Source: Saccostrea echinata
Taxonomy: Eukaryota
DNA length: 64,000 bases
Assembly (NCBI RefSeq): GCF_033153115.1
Contig: NW_026889774.1
Location: 1,302,001 to 1,366,000 of the forward strand
Reading direction: 5' to 3'
The notes under the pieces are model-generated. The model had not been told where the DNA came from. It was given only the letters and a program-made list of their open reading frames with translations, and did no database searches. The position numbers were made by a program, and so were the translations under genes. Numbering within the stretch: the stretch's first letter is position 1; each line of letters begins with the position of its first letter. This document shows, piece after piece, positions 1-12,536 of this stretch.

Positions 1-344
1 CATTTGGAATTTATTTATTTGTTGAATACTATATATGCAAGATTTTATATTTCTGTCTCATAAGATTTGTCTCCAATCCTTTATTACCCTGCTGTAGCCT
101 CGTAAGGTTGTTCTAAGCAATCAAATTTTTTTAAAATTATTTTTATCCTACGGTTAGTCGCCGCTAGTCATGCAAACGCAGACTGGTAAGTGTGACACTT
201 TAAAAACAAAAAACAGTAAAAAAGAAAAAGAAAAAAAAACAAGCATGTCATAAACCCCCTTAAAAATACAAAATTAACAACACTTTTTAAAAAAATCTAC
301 ACCCATATCAGGTTCACTTTTCTATATATCAGTGCTACTTGAAC

Positions 345-426
345 ATTTAGTAACAGAATGCTGTGTTCAAATGTATACTGTAACTTACCCTCTGTTGAGT
401 AGGGACGTTTAGTAACTGTTTCCAGG
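345..426. repeat. Left, split-off copy of a 76-85 bp tandem repeat
   Basis: GAATGCTGTGTTC..TACTGTAACTTACCCTCTGTTGAGTAGGGAC.TTTAGTAACTGTTTCC is the same unit as the array at 9297-9577. Confidence 0.85.
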
Positions 427-1806
427 TGTAACGACGAAAAGTGACCCCTAGAATATTGACCGGGGATCATTTGTCTACATAGAAATTTTTTCCCCCTGGT
501 CAATACTCTACGTAGGAAAATACCCACTTTTTTGTAGAAATTATGGCCTTAGAGTCATTTTTCTCCATGTGGATAGTATAAAAATGACGCTGTAGAATAA
601 TGATCCTGTGTCATTTTTTGACACAAGGAAAAAAATACTGCATGGTTTTGGTAGGAAAATTCTTGTTGGGCAAAAACACAGGGGTTAAATCACGCAGCCT
701 TATGATATGAAGTGTTCATTTCCAAAAGCTTTAAAGTTTAAATGACAAAATTAAAAGGTTATACTATAGTTTACCTTAAAAATGCAAGATCTTTTATCCA
801 CATTAAAAGAAAGCCTAACAAGGCTATAATGATGTTCTATCACTATTAGAGCAAGAATACATGGTCGTACATTCTTTTATTTGTTTTATTACATTTAATA
901 AATTAAAATAAGTTTCCACAGTTGTAACTTTTAAAAAAATCAAGATCATTTTCCGAGTCGGTGTAAGAAAAAGACACATATATATATATATAAAAAGAAA
1001 TATCTTCCATAATTGTAATCCTCTTTGATTTTACTCTGGGAAAATAATGTGCAACAAATTAAAATATAGTCTTCCTTTTTTTTCTTTAGAAGTTATAAGA
1101 AAGGTTGACGTTTTGGAACCCTACCCAAATAAATTTGCGTGAAAAGAATGGAAGATTGATAAGAAAATTCGATCTCGTAAATATCTTTGATTTTCTATGA
1201 ATAAAGTCTCAAACTTTTTCTCATAAAAATATAGGGAAGATTACATTTGTGAAAAATTAAAATAACACAGAACTAAATCAACATGCCTCTGACCTTCGAT
1301 ATCAGGGGTCACAAAAAGTGATTAGCTCAAAATCTTTACCAATGTCTTTTGTCGTTTGTTAGTGTCAACAAAGTCTTTAACAAAATGAGGCGTTTTACAT
1401 AAAAAAATTGATTGCTTATAAAAAAAGAAGAAGATGTGTTTGGTATACCAAGAATTGACACAAGTTTCTACAAGGTAGTATCGTCTTTTCCCTTTCTAGT
1501 TACATGTAAAAAAAAATACCAATATAAAAAACGGAAATGTTGCATTATGAAAAAAAGCTTCTCAGTCTAATTTACATGATATTTTCCTGAGTATGATTGG
1601 CAATATTAGCACATTTGAAGTTGCATGTGCAAAAAATATAGAACTGTACAAAAATGTATTGTAACACATTGTGTTAGAATCAAGAACCATGCGAGATTCG
1701 TACAAGCTTATCTTTTAAAAAGATTGGTTAGCTAGCGCCGTAGCATAATAAAATACAGAAGATATCTGAACCATTTGTTAAATTTGCTGAATCGATTAAT
1801 TATTAA

Positions 1807-2011
1807 GAGGGCTGGGTGGTCGTGGCCATTTTTAGACTATATTGATCTCCTTTAGAAGAAGAGCTCCATATAAAGATATACAAAAATGATCAAATTTTAA
1901 AACTAAAATGTATGAATTTTTTCTTTGCCAAATGATAGTTGACAGCTTAAGATATCATATCTAAAAAAATAAGTTATATCTGATGGTTAATTTGTTGACC
2001 CCCCAGCCTCC
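1807..2011. mobile_element. Kolobok-type MITE (TTAA-flanked)
   Basis: TTAA|GAGGGCTGGGTGGTC ... GACCCCCCAGCCTCC|TTAA; imperfect 15-bp TIR. Confidence 0.6.
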
Positions 2012-2182
2012 TTAAGGAGTTTAGGGGTGGGTGGGCACAATTCAAAATGGTGAATCTAAGAGTGTGCTTCACGTCGGCAATGGCATAACTCCTAACTGTG
2101 CTTTAAGCATTCTGTATTTTACTGTAATTTCAATTTCGAGGTGAAAAATAAAAGGTCAGTAGAACAATGAGCACCTTCTGCC

Positions 2183-2481
2183 CTTTCCGGCAAGCTCGGA
2201 AAACATATCCGAGGTTGCTGCGGTTTTCCGAGCTTGCCGGAAAGATCCATGAAGGTAGATTAGAAAAGCTATGTATTCATTACAACTTTAGAAATAACAG
2301 TCTTGGTTTTATAAGACCCGAGTTACTGTTACTTTTTGTTCATTTACGTGCAGGTTGGACAACAAAACACGAAACTTCAGATCATATGTATTCTCAGATG
2401 ATAAACACTAAATTGACATGTCTTTCCGACATACTCTGAAAAAGATTTTTGTTGTTGTTGTTTTTTCCGAGCTTGCCGGAA
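2183..2481. repeat. Inverted/direct repeat cluster TTCCGGCAAGCTCGGAAAA
   Basis: CTTTCCGGCAAGCTCGGAAAAC (2183-2204) pairs with GTTTTCCGAGCTTGCCGGAAAG (2223-2244); third copy at ~2463-2481. Confidence 0.75.
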
Positions 2482-5400
2482 TTATCCACTAAGGTGGTAA
2501 AACTGTAAGGAAAGCTAGATGTCTAGAATCTTGGCATTATATGGCCAAATTTTTTCTTGTACTTTTATGTGTAGGTTAGACAATAAATTAAAAAAAAAAT
2601 TCAGAATCCGGATCTAGACTGGTATTGACTGTCTCTAACCTACGAAATGTATATCGCGCATATCAGACAGGAAAGGCCAGTGTAAATTCGGATCATTTCT
2701 ATTTTTGTATGACAAAACGAAATTGTTATCGCACAGTCTATCTACAGTAGTTTTCCCAGAATCCCCGACCGTGAAGTCGAGCATGCGTATTTCAGAAATA
2801 TAGACTAACGTAGTTGCTAGCGCTCGAGAGCGCTAGCAATAAGCGTATCTATAGTGGCGAGTTTTGAAGGGGTTACGGGGTTGTAACCCACTCTTTAAAT
2901 TTGCTACATGTAGTAGCCTATAGGAAAAAAAAATTCCCTTCTGGCCATGTACGTCTTTCCTATAAACAAATTAAGCGTTCTTGCTGTCTGAAACGAGGTT
3001 TAAAAATAGGATAAAAGTGAAGAAATCTTTTCTTTTCACCGAAAATCCTCTTATAAGGATTTTATTTACATAATGCATATGTGCATTGTAAGGCAGGCTG
3101 TTTTAAAGATTTACAAAGAGACAGGTACATTAGTAGTGAAAATCGGCCCTTCGTTGAAAATTTAAAATTATGATAAAGGAATGACTTGAGGATTTACACT
3201 TTATAAATATATTAACAATTTTTATCTATCTTTTATAGTTTAGTTGCAATAGCCCTCTAAAAATGGAAGTATTTTATTGCATTTAACCGCTTTGAGCACT
3301 ATGACGTCATAATTGCCGTCAATTTAGAACATTTAAATAACAACTTTAATGTATCAATGTATGTTATACGTAAAGATCTTATATTAAAATGTTTACATTG
3401 CACTGTTTAATTACTTCAAAGAAAATATTGCACAAAAAAGAACGTTTTAAAGAATAAATGACCTCCATAGTGTCGGTATATCTGAATATCATAACTGCAG
3501 TCAAAATTCCATGCATAATGTGCAGTCTGTTTTTCTCCAAAAATAAATTATTTTTTTTAAGAATGTTTAAAAAATAGAGAGAGGATGCAAAAAGATCTTA
3601 AAATGAAATTTGATTAACAAACAAGAAGAGTAAACGAGGAAATATAACTTACTTTAGCATTAATTTTGACCTATTTGCACTTAAGTTCAAATTATAATAT
3701 TATAATGCCGAAAATCGCCCTTTTGGAGATTAACCAATACAATTTAAAACAATATTTAATTATTCATTCAAAAGAGAACAATGGGCAGCAAAATAATAAG
3801 GAATTATATCAACAGGATTAAATGATAACTCAGGCACGAAGTATCGGGGGGGGGGGGGGGCTGCTGTCCCTTTTATTCAAACATTACCTTTTATATCGAA
3901 AATGTCCATTGAAGGGCTAGATGTAGTTCCTCCCCTCCCCAACTTTTTCCCCGCATTTCAAAACCGATACTACGAGCCTTCAACTTAAGAAATATCTACT
4001 AAAGTTCATTGACTTCAGAATCCGGAAATTCTGCATTACTGCAAGGTTTTGTTTAATTCTAGATCGCTATTCCGCTGAGAAAGGGAGGAAAGGGGGTGAA
4101 AGTGAGCTATACTGGTATAACAAATATAAAAAAAAAAATCAAACTTGACACCAAGGTTCCTTGTGTGCTGTACGTCAAAGTTAACTTTTTTTAATTTGTC
4201 AAAACTTATAGATACGGTATAGACTGGATCGAAATTACACATCTTTAAGTCAGAGTCAGGCTCTAGGTGACATGCCTTCATCATTTCCATCAGCATTTTC
4301 TTCTAGTTTACGATAGCCTTGCAAATTGATCTTTGAATTTAGACCACTGACAAAGGTGTCAACTACCTAAGAATAATTTAAAATCTTCTTTCTAACTTAC
4401 CAACAAGGAACTTGTAAAGCCATACAAAACAGCTGATGTAAATTCAAATAATAGTAGACAAAGTGATAAGATTTAATTTCATTTGTCTAAGGGGGAATTT
4501 CAGGCAAAACTTTTCTTCCAAAACTTTGTGAAATATGGGATGAATTGCTTTGTCAAATGAGCTAGAAATATTTCGATTATTCCCAGTAATTTTAACAATC
4601 ATTAATTATGTCTCTATTTTAACATTCATTTATTATGTCTCTGACGTCGTTTTTGTCATATCAACACATTAATTTATGATTGGACGCTGTTCCGTTTTCA
4701 TGGTCATTACTTGTGATTTTTCTAAATATATACACCATCCCTCCAATAATCGATATTAAAGATATCAGAAAATGAAGACGGTCGACTCATCTCATACACG
4801 ACATATTAAATTTTTATTAAGCTTTGACTTGGTTTATACATGATAAGTATATATTTTCAACCTTCATAAAAAAGGTTGTAACATTTCAACCCTGGGCCAT
4901 ACGCACTATCTGCGACCTTAAAGATGGCGATTTTTTATTTTATTTATTTATTTATTTTTTACAAAAAAGTAATTACATTGGGTTGCCTTAAGTTGGATGA
5001 AAAGTAAAGCGATGAGGTTACTAGTGTCTCGAAACGCGGAGATATTCAAAATGACCGTAAGCATAAGGTAAAAAAAAATATGACTTTTAATAACGCATCA
5101 ACCAGGGTCATGTTGAATTCATTCCTCTCCTGGTTTCAGCTTTAGAACCTGACTGTTGATCATCTGAGGACAAACAACAACAAGAAATTAAAATCTGAAA
5201 ATAGTTCAACTTCCCGATTTCCTAGATTTTAAGTATGATATATAAGCTTATAAATAGCCTCAGTGGGACCCACCCACCCCCACCCCTTTAAACACATACA
5301 TATTATTATACCTCATCATAATTATTCTATAAAACGCGTTATCTGATTGGTTCTAAGTTGTCACGTAACAGAGCCATAAAACTTCATATTTCCCTGTCGT

Positions 5401-5764
5401 CGTCATGCTTTTCATCATACTTAACCTCCTAGGAGACCACTTGCATTTTCTCGCAATACTTATAAATCGTTCGTTAGAAAAATGAAATTTATAAAATAAG
5501 AAGAAAAAAATTCAGTATCTTAGAATTTCATAAAATTATATGAAGCTGTCGCATTCAGAGGTTTTCATTACAATGAGTTTCATTTTTAGTCAAACATTAT
5601 TTTCATGCGCCCCCCCTCAACAATTTGCATAGTTATTAAATGTATATGGTAAAGCAACTAGAAGTGACTTGGACCCCCCCCCCCCCCCCGGAAAACGCGG
5701 ACCCCTGTTAAGTTGGTAGGAAAAGTTATACATACAAAGTTTTAGAAGTGAAACGGAGCGGCAA

Positions 5765-5898
5765 CCCTCCCCCTTTTTTTGTTTTGTTTTGCTTATTAAG
5801 AAAATTCTGGGTTAGATTCTTTTATTTTTAATTGACTAGGGTGGAATTCCCCAACCCGACCCCCACCCCTTTGGAAAAAAATCCAGGATCCGCGCCTG
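5765..5898 (-). mobile_element. Fragment of a poly-G/GGATCC MITE family
   Basis: Ends GGAAAAAAATCCAGGATCCGCGCCTG; related to 18930-19286 and 45172-45455. Confidence 0.55.
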
Positions 5899-6899
5899 AT
5901 TTTATTTATTCTCATCTTCACTTTTCTGAAGGAAAACTTAATAATAGATTTATGTAATCCCCCACCCACTTTCTTTCTCCCCCTTGAATTTTACCGCATT
6001 GTTTCACCGTTTTTAGGGACATAAATAACATATACTTACACCTCTACTGTTAGTCTCAAAATTAACATTTCAATTTATTTTTTGAGAAGACATAAAATAA
6101 AACATATTCAATGGTATATGTATTCTTTTTCGTTTCTAGGCGATGGTATATGAATTTAATTTATTAAAGGATTATCATACTGAAAATATACTAAGTATAA
6201 CTATGTACTAATTGAGCTTTTGGAGAAAGGGTGGTAAATGCTATATTATTAAAATAATTCATCATGTAAACTTTCCAGCATTTTTACAGATAAATAAAAA
6301 AAAGTCATTGAGATTTATTATATCTAAAATGAATCATCTGACTACAGTTTTCTCTTTTTCTCTGGAGAAATTCTCAATTTTTTTTTTAACAAAATGTTTG
6401 ATAAATCAACGTATTGTTTACAGTAAAATATTGAAAAAGACTGAAATATGGGAAAAAACTTTTGGCACGTCACTGTACGTTATCAATGTAAACAATGAGA
6501 GCGTCTATATTTAGAGTTCGATGTATAACCTGGAGACGCGACGTTAGGGTTTTGCCTTAAAATTAACATAAGATACCTTTTAATAAATTTATCAATCCCA
6601 ATGACATCTCAATTACATGTATACCTTTTTACAACACACCTGAAATTTAGACGTTATATGTGCGTGTACATTTGCCTGTGTTTTGTTAGTCCCGAATTTG
6701 CCTGGAATGAGAATGAAAGTGTGGTTGTGGATACGAACTTTTATCAACTGAGTTATTGAAATAATGCATTTATCGTTTAGATTCCTACAAAATAAACATG
6801 TCTTCAATTGATATTTATTTTCTAAGAATATAATCAAAATACCAAGCTAATATTCCATTCCCCTCACGTCAAGATCCGTAAAGCAGACGACTGATAATA

Positions 6900-7044
6900 T
6901 CAGAATTTTTAAAAATTCAATGTGGCCACAGCCCACGGCCAGAACGAAACCTGTATAAATCAATCCCTTTCATGTTATAGTATTTCTAGTTAAAATATCT
7001 TTGTGGCCGATGCATGTGGCCACATCGAATTTTCCCAAAAACTG
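6900..7044. mobile_element. Small foldback MITE
   Basis: AAAATTCAATGTGGCCACA..CGGCCA ... TGGCCG..TGTGGCCACATCGAATTTT imperfect inverted arms. Confidence 0.55.
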
Positions 7045-8224
7045 AGTGAATAATGAAGAAAATTGCTTGTTTTCCGGATACGGCATAGGTTTGGATACTA
7101 CATAGCAGCATAAGAAGCTTGGATCCGCCCAAATGTTTACATATACAAGGACTTAGGTTCATAAACTTTATAAATATACATGGTTAGTGAGGATACGCAA
7201 ACTTTATTTTTCAAGTATTTTGCAGGGCCTGTTGACGTTAGCTAACGAGCCTTGCTCTTTTATCTCTTTAACGTTACGTGACTTGAGGAGAGCGGTATGC
7301 GCGACAGAGGCAACGTTGTAGCAATTTTTGAGCACACATTTTGAATGGCTCTCTTTTTTATTGAATGGAATGATTGTAATTTTCCCAGAAGGGCTAAGGC
7401 CTGTTATAAGGTTAACATTTACTCAAATTACACTGATGGGCCAACGGTAAATCTTATAATACTACCCATTCAAAAGCTACGGTTAGTAGAGTAGAACCAT
7501 GCAAGAAGTAAAGGTTACATGTAGGTTTTATTAACAGTACGCATTTGAATAAAGCAGCAAACGAACATTCATATGCAATGAGAAAATATGACATACCAGG
7601 TAATGCGTAGAACAACGAGGGAGTCATTATGCAAATGCATTTTGGCTAACATTCAACGCAACGACACGATATCTGAACTGGACAAAAATTATAAAAATAT
7701 AAGTAAACCGAATGCATGCAAGGGAAACGGATAGTGAATGTCAAACCCATATCACATACTTGATCAAATAAAGAATAATTTATAGACCTCCTCTCAGCAT
7801 GTGGATGATTTAGATACTTTTCATAACCGTACAACAAATGATAAGTAATGTCCAACTGGGATTTCAAGCTGACATATCATCTTCCTTGCATATAAAATTC
7901 TTCTTCATTAAATACGCAAACAAACAACGCAATGATCTTATTGGGAACTGAGAAGCAGTATTTTCTGCTGTGTGAAGTTATCGCCCGTATAATTTTAAAT
8001 TGCATTCATTTTTTGCATAAATAAACTTTTCTGCTAAATTCTTTTTAAAGTAAAAAGATCAAGAATAAACATTTTATAATTTATTTTAAAATAACGATTA
8101 AAATTTTCTCCATTATTTCTTCATTATTTTTTATTTATTTATTTTATTGTAAAAAACTGTGAAACATGTATGTTTCAGGCATATATGTAATTTATTTTAA
8201 AGGATTAAGTGTTACTGAGACAGA

Positions 8225-8530
8225 CGAACAAGAAATAAATAAAGAGAGAAGGAGGGAGAGAGAGAGAGAGAGGCTGGTAAGAGAGAGGGTAGAGAAAGAG
8301 AGTTGGACGAAAGACAGAGAGCGATTGGGGAGAGAGTGAGGAGGGGGAGAGAGAGTGGAGAGAGAGCGAGTGGGGAGGGAGGGGGTGATAGAGGGAAAGG
8401 GTGGAGAGAGTGAGGTGATAGAGAGGAAGGGTGGAGAGAAAGAAAGTGGGGAGAAAAAGAGAGTAAGTGGGGAGGAGAGTGTGAGTGAATGCGTGGGTGT
8501 AGAGAGGGTGAGGAGGGGAGAGAGTGAGTA
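8225..8530. repeat. GA-rich polypurine low-complexity tract
   Basis: ~300 bp of degenerate (GA)n/(GGA)n. Confidence 0.9.
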
Positions 8531-8927
8531 GTGTTACAATTTCATATTAAAAATTATGTCAGTAGTTTTTGCATATACAACTGAGCTGTGTTTTTTGCAT
8601 TTTTGATGTTGTAAATTTAGCTTTTCTGGTATGGGTACTTAAAAATTTACTCTTATTTTGACCCTATTGATATCATACTTGTATATTTCTTCTACTTGTA
8701 TAAAACAAGATATTTTAACTTGAATGTGCTGCAAAAAAATCATACCGCAAACATTGTATATGATGATAGTATTAGGAAGTAGCTTCATTTAAAGGAGGGA
8801 GAATATACTTTGCTCCCAACATACATTTGAGAGTATACAAAATATCGGGAGACGCAGTTATCTCTGGGCCTTCGCCGACCATCCCCCAACCATTGAATGA
8901 AAGCCTATCTCATTTCTAAAGGTTTTA

Positions 8928-9084
8928 TAGTAAAATTTGTCTAATCCGGACACTACTGATTCCATAGAAAATGGCCGGATTAGACAACATTTAAAACAAA
9001 TGAATTTACTGAAATGGACTTAAAGTTAACATCGTAACAAGCAAGATTTCGGATTATACATCCGGATTAGACAAGTTTTACTTG
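8928..9084. mobile_element. Tc1/mariner (pogo-like) MITE
   Basis: TA|TAGTAAAATTTGTCTAATCCGGA ... TCCGGATTAGACAAGTTTTACTTG|TA, with internal copies of CGGATTAGACA. Confidence 0.7.
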
Positions 9085-9296
9085 TATTATATAATATAGA
9101 TAAAAAGTAGGGGATCAGAGTTCTATGGGGGTCATTTTTCAACGTGTGTGGAGTTGTAGAATTACCAGCCTGGAAGGGTTTTCTACGGTGGAAAAATGAC
9201 CCTACTTGCTGTAGAATATTGACCGCGGGTCACTTTTTCACGTAGAAATTTGACCCTTCGGTCAATATTCTGCGGGGGTCACTTTTCGTCGTTACG

Positions 9297-9577
9297 CCGG
9301 CACATGAATGCTGTGTTCCAGTGTATACTGTAACTTACCCTCTGTCGAGTAGGGACATTTAGTAAATGTTTCCCGGCACATGAATGCTGTGTTCCAGTGT
9401 TTATAACCGTAACTGTAACTTACCCTCTGTTGAGTGGGGCATTTAGTAACTGTTTCCCGGCACATGAATGCTGTGTTCCAGTGTTTATAACTGTAACTGT
9501 AACTTACCCTCTGTTGAGTAGGGGCATTTAGTAACTGTTTCCCGACATATGAATGCTGTGTTCCAGTGTATACTGTA
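9297..9577. repeat. Tandem repeat, 76-85 bp unit, ~3.4 copies
   Basis: Units start GGCACATGAATGCTGTGTTCCAGTG at 9299, 9375, 9459 and 9544 (variant). Confidence 0.95.
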
Positions 9578-10012
9578 CTCATCCATTACAGTTTTCTCTT
9601 CAGCACAGAACTTCCCAACTTCAAATAAAAATCCCAGTCTGATCGTTTATGATTCAATTTTTTTTCTTATATTTAGACAACACATATTAGCATTTTGCAA
9701 TTTCAATTTCACAACATGGTAAGTCAAACTGATTCCATAAGCTCAAATACTTCTGTCATACACAGTTGTTATATTTAATTTTATAGGAATTTTAGAACAG
9801 GGGTGTGATTGGTTATAAGCCAAGGCTTGTATGATTTTTAAATTTCCAGTTAAGATTATGAATTGAAATCATCAAACTTTCATCTTACTTTTAATTAACT
9901 CAAACTCAAAATGTTAACATATTTCGTAGATCTTGTACAGATCATACCAAGACCTAAAACAAATCTGCAAAAAGCTCTCTCTATAGCTATTTATAGGTTT
10001 GGGTTCACTAAC

Positions 10013-10181
10013 CTTCATATTTTAGACTGAAGTTAGAGTCTTTAATAAATGCAGTATCAACTTGAAACTGAATCAACAATGAATTGCTTGATGATAGAGA
10101 TGTGGTCATATTCCTGCGAATGTCCTCAAACTGCCCAGGTGCAATACAGAATGTTCCATTTTGCCCCATAAGGCCTAGAAC
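10013..10181 (-). CDS. Exon of a CUB-domain protein (C-terminal half of the CUB domain)
   Basis: ttag|GTT...GAA G|gttagt; open frame VLGLMGQNGTFCIAPGQFEDIRRNMTTSLSSSNSLLIQFQVDTAFIKDSNFSLKYE resembles CUB 'G.FC...S.SN.L.I.F.....F.L.Y'. Joins in phase 0 with the exon at 12277-12536. Confidence 0.75.
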
Positions 10182-10890
10182 CTAATTTAAAAAACCGATG
10201 TTAAATTGCAAGCCTTTTTTCTCTTTTTGCAATATATTGCTAAACTAAGTTGTTTCATTTGATTGATTTTTTTTAAAAGGACTAATTTTTTTTACTATAT
10301 TTATTTGAGAGTACTGGTTTTTGAACGATAATATTCCTCTCAAGGAAAAAAGAAATTTTACAGTGTAAACATAATTATTAGATCTTTCTTTGTATACTGT
10401 TGAAGATAAACATTTGGGTAATTTGTTTGATTCCACCGAGGAAAACTTAGTATTAATTTTTCTTTCGAAATTCATCAGTCATATGCTACATAGCTTGTTA
10501 TATGCTATGGGGGAATAATAAAGATATGCATGTACTTTCTCATCTTTCACTACGCTTTCCAAACTTAAGATAAAAATTTATTTAAAGAAAAATATTATAA
10601 TTTTTGTAATACGAAATAAATAGCCAATGAAATGCATTTTATTTTTGATTGCAAGTGTGTGTAAAACTTTTTCATGTCTAACAAAACAAAATAATTAGAC
10701 ATAAGTACTAGATTGTAGATTCAGTGATACTCAAAATATTTTTAAATTCAGTGAATTCATGCCAACTACTGAATTGAAAACAATGGAAAAAAAATTGTTT
10801 CTTTATACTTTGATGACTAACAATTGAAGTATTTAATTGTACATACATGTACATATACGTTGTACAGGTAGCTCAAAATAAATATGTGTT

Positions 10891-11066
10891 ATTTAAGGAA
10901 TGTTTTTAACTTTTGTGCGAGTTATTGGTGTGTAAATCACACAGACTTGTCACGTAGGCATATTTCATGAAGCGCGCTGGCGCTTCATGAAAAATATGCC
11001 TACTTGCAAGTCTTTGTGATTTACACACCAATAATTCACACTAAACTTAAAAAACATTTCTTATAT
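10891..11066. repeat. Long foldback hairpin (~85 bp arms), probable non-autonomous element
   Basis: ...TATTGGTGTGTAAATCACACAGACTTG..GTAGGCATATTTCATGAAGCGC-GCTG-GCGCTTCATGAAAAATATGCCTAC..CAAGTCTTTGTGATTTACACACCAATAA... Confidence 0.85.
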
Positions 11067-12276
11067 TTACATTTTACATGTTTAATTTTACATGTTTAAA
11101 AGCACCAAAAATATACTCGGTGTTTGAATAATTCACTGCCATATTTCGTTACTTTTGTAGCCTCAATGTGACGTCACTTTAGCGCGAGTTTCTCCTTGCG
11201 TATTTCTACGCGTGAGTATGCACGAAAATGGCATTCAAATCAATTTCACAGTTGGCTTAGTAGAAAAACACAGCAAATGTAAATACATGTATTAATAAAT
11301 GTTAATTTTTGTCTTGGTGGTGAATATCAAACCATATTCACCGCCAATAGAGTCCATAATTGTATAGTATTTACCTGTGTTTCAAAGTTTGTTTTGGTGT
11401 TACCGTATAATATCGATATTTGATATAAGTAAGTTGTACTTAATTTTGTACTTGGTATTGACACACGTATATATTGTCTTTTTCCTTGTCATCTTGATTT
11501 AATAAACTCGAACTGGGGATTACAGTCATTGACAGCCTACTGTATACCTGACATAGCAGTAGGTAGCATTTATATCTTTCTACACCTTTAGTGTAAATAT
11601 TTTACACAGTGATATTATTTTTTTTTAATTTTCAAATCAGTTGTATTTTTATCATTTCAAGTTTTATAATTTAATGAAAAGTTTAAACACTGAATTTCAA
11701 TGAAGTTTTATTTTTAATGATAAAAACCTTTTCAAATTTCAAATTTGTATTGTTGTTTGTTGCTTAATATCTTGGTTGAACCATAAAATCAGAGAAAACC
11801 TTAGTGTGAAGGAATATGGGCATAATTTATTATCGGTCTGACTGCCCTTCTTTATTTATCTAAATATACTAGCAATGTTTGTACATATTTTTCTCGATTT
11901 TTTAATAAATACAGTACCTCTTTCTACATATTCATTTATTTAATTTTTTGTAACTCGTTTGCCATTATATAAATAGAGTTAGAATAAATTGAACTTGAAC
12001 TAGTAATTTAAAAACAGAGATAAATTGTTTTTATACCAAATGATGACTAAGTAAGGCGAAACATTTCTAAAACATGTAAATGTTGCTGGGATCTCTCAAT
12101 ATGTGCCCAGACTGCACTCAAATTAAGCAGACTAATTAGGTCCCGAGTTCAAAAAGGAATGAAAGTAAATATAACTATAGAGAGAAGACGAACGTTATAA
12201 TCGGCATCAAGACACCTTTTGAAGACAATCAATGAAGAATTGCTATCAAAAAAGGGAAATGACCGAAATGGCTGAC

Positions 12277-12536
12277 CTTTAAATTGCTTTTCCGCGACTC
12301 ACAAGATATATCTGCTGTTGGATTCAGGTTGTAAGGCCAACCTTTGAAGTATGTTACATTTATCAAAGTGTTTTTTGGACTTTTGATGTTCCACTGATGG
12401 TGTTGGATCCCGCTTTCTGAATAACTTCTGTAATCCACTGTTATATATTTATCACTAACATTCTGAGTAAAGTCTGTGGCGTTGAAATGAATTTCATAGA
12501 AAGGAGTATTTTGCAGACTATCGTTGTTGCACAAAT
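12277..12536 (-). CDS. Exon of a CUB-domain protein (N-terminal half of the CUB domain)
   Basis: acag|AT TTG TGC ... TTA AAG|gtcagc; DLCNNDS...HQWNIKSPKNTLINVTYF...ISCESRKSNLK resembles CUB 'W.I.AP....I.L.F......C'. Several N-glycosylation sequons (NDS, NAT, NVS, NVT). Confidence 0.75.

Larger units (their letters stand above)
427..9296. mobile_element. Non-autonomous Ginger1-like DNA transposon (~8.9 kb, interior filled with nested repeats)
   Basis: Left end TGTAACGACGAAAAGTGACCCC..AGAATATTGACC (427-) matches the reverse complement of the right end GGTCAATATTCTGCGGGGGTCACTTTTCGTCGTTACG (-9296). Imperfect inverted similarity extends ~180 bp. Flanks CAGG (423-426) and CCGG (9297-9300) reconstitute the host repeat TTTCCCGGCACATG. 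TGT terminus plus CCGG TSD is the Ginger1 signature. Confidence 0.75.

Noticed and set aside
9292-9582. 96-aa ORF (and 297-527) as a gene
   Set aside because: It is the translation of the tandem repeat and the transposon TIR.
11375-11580. Additional exon of the CUB gene
   Set aside because: Donor-like site present, but stops interrupt the frames and the two CUB exons join without it.
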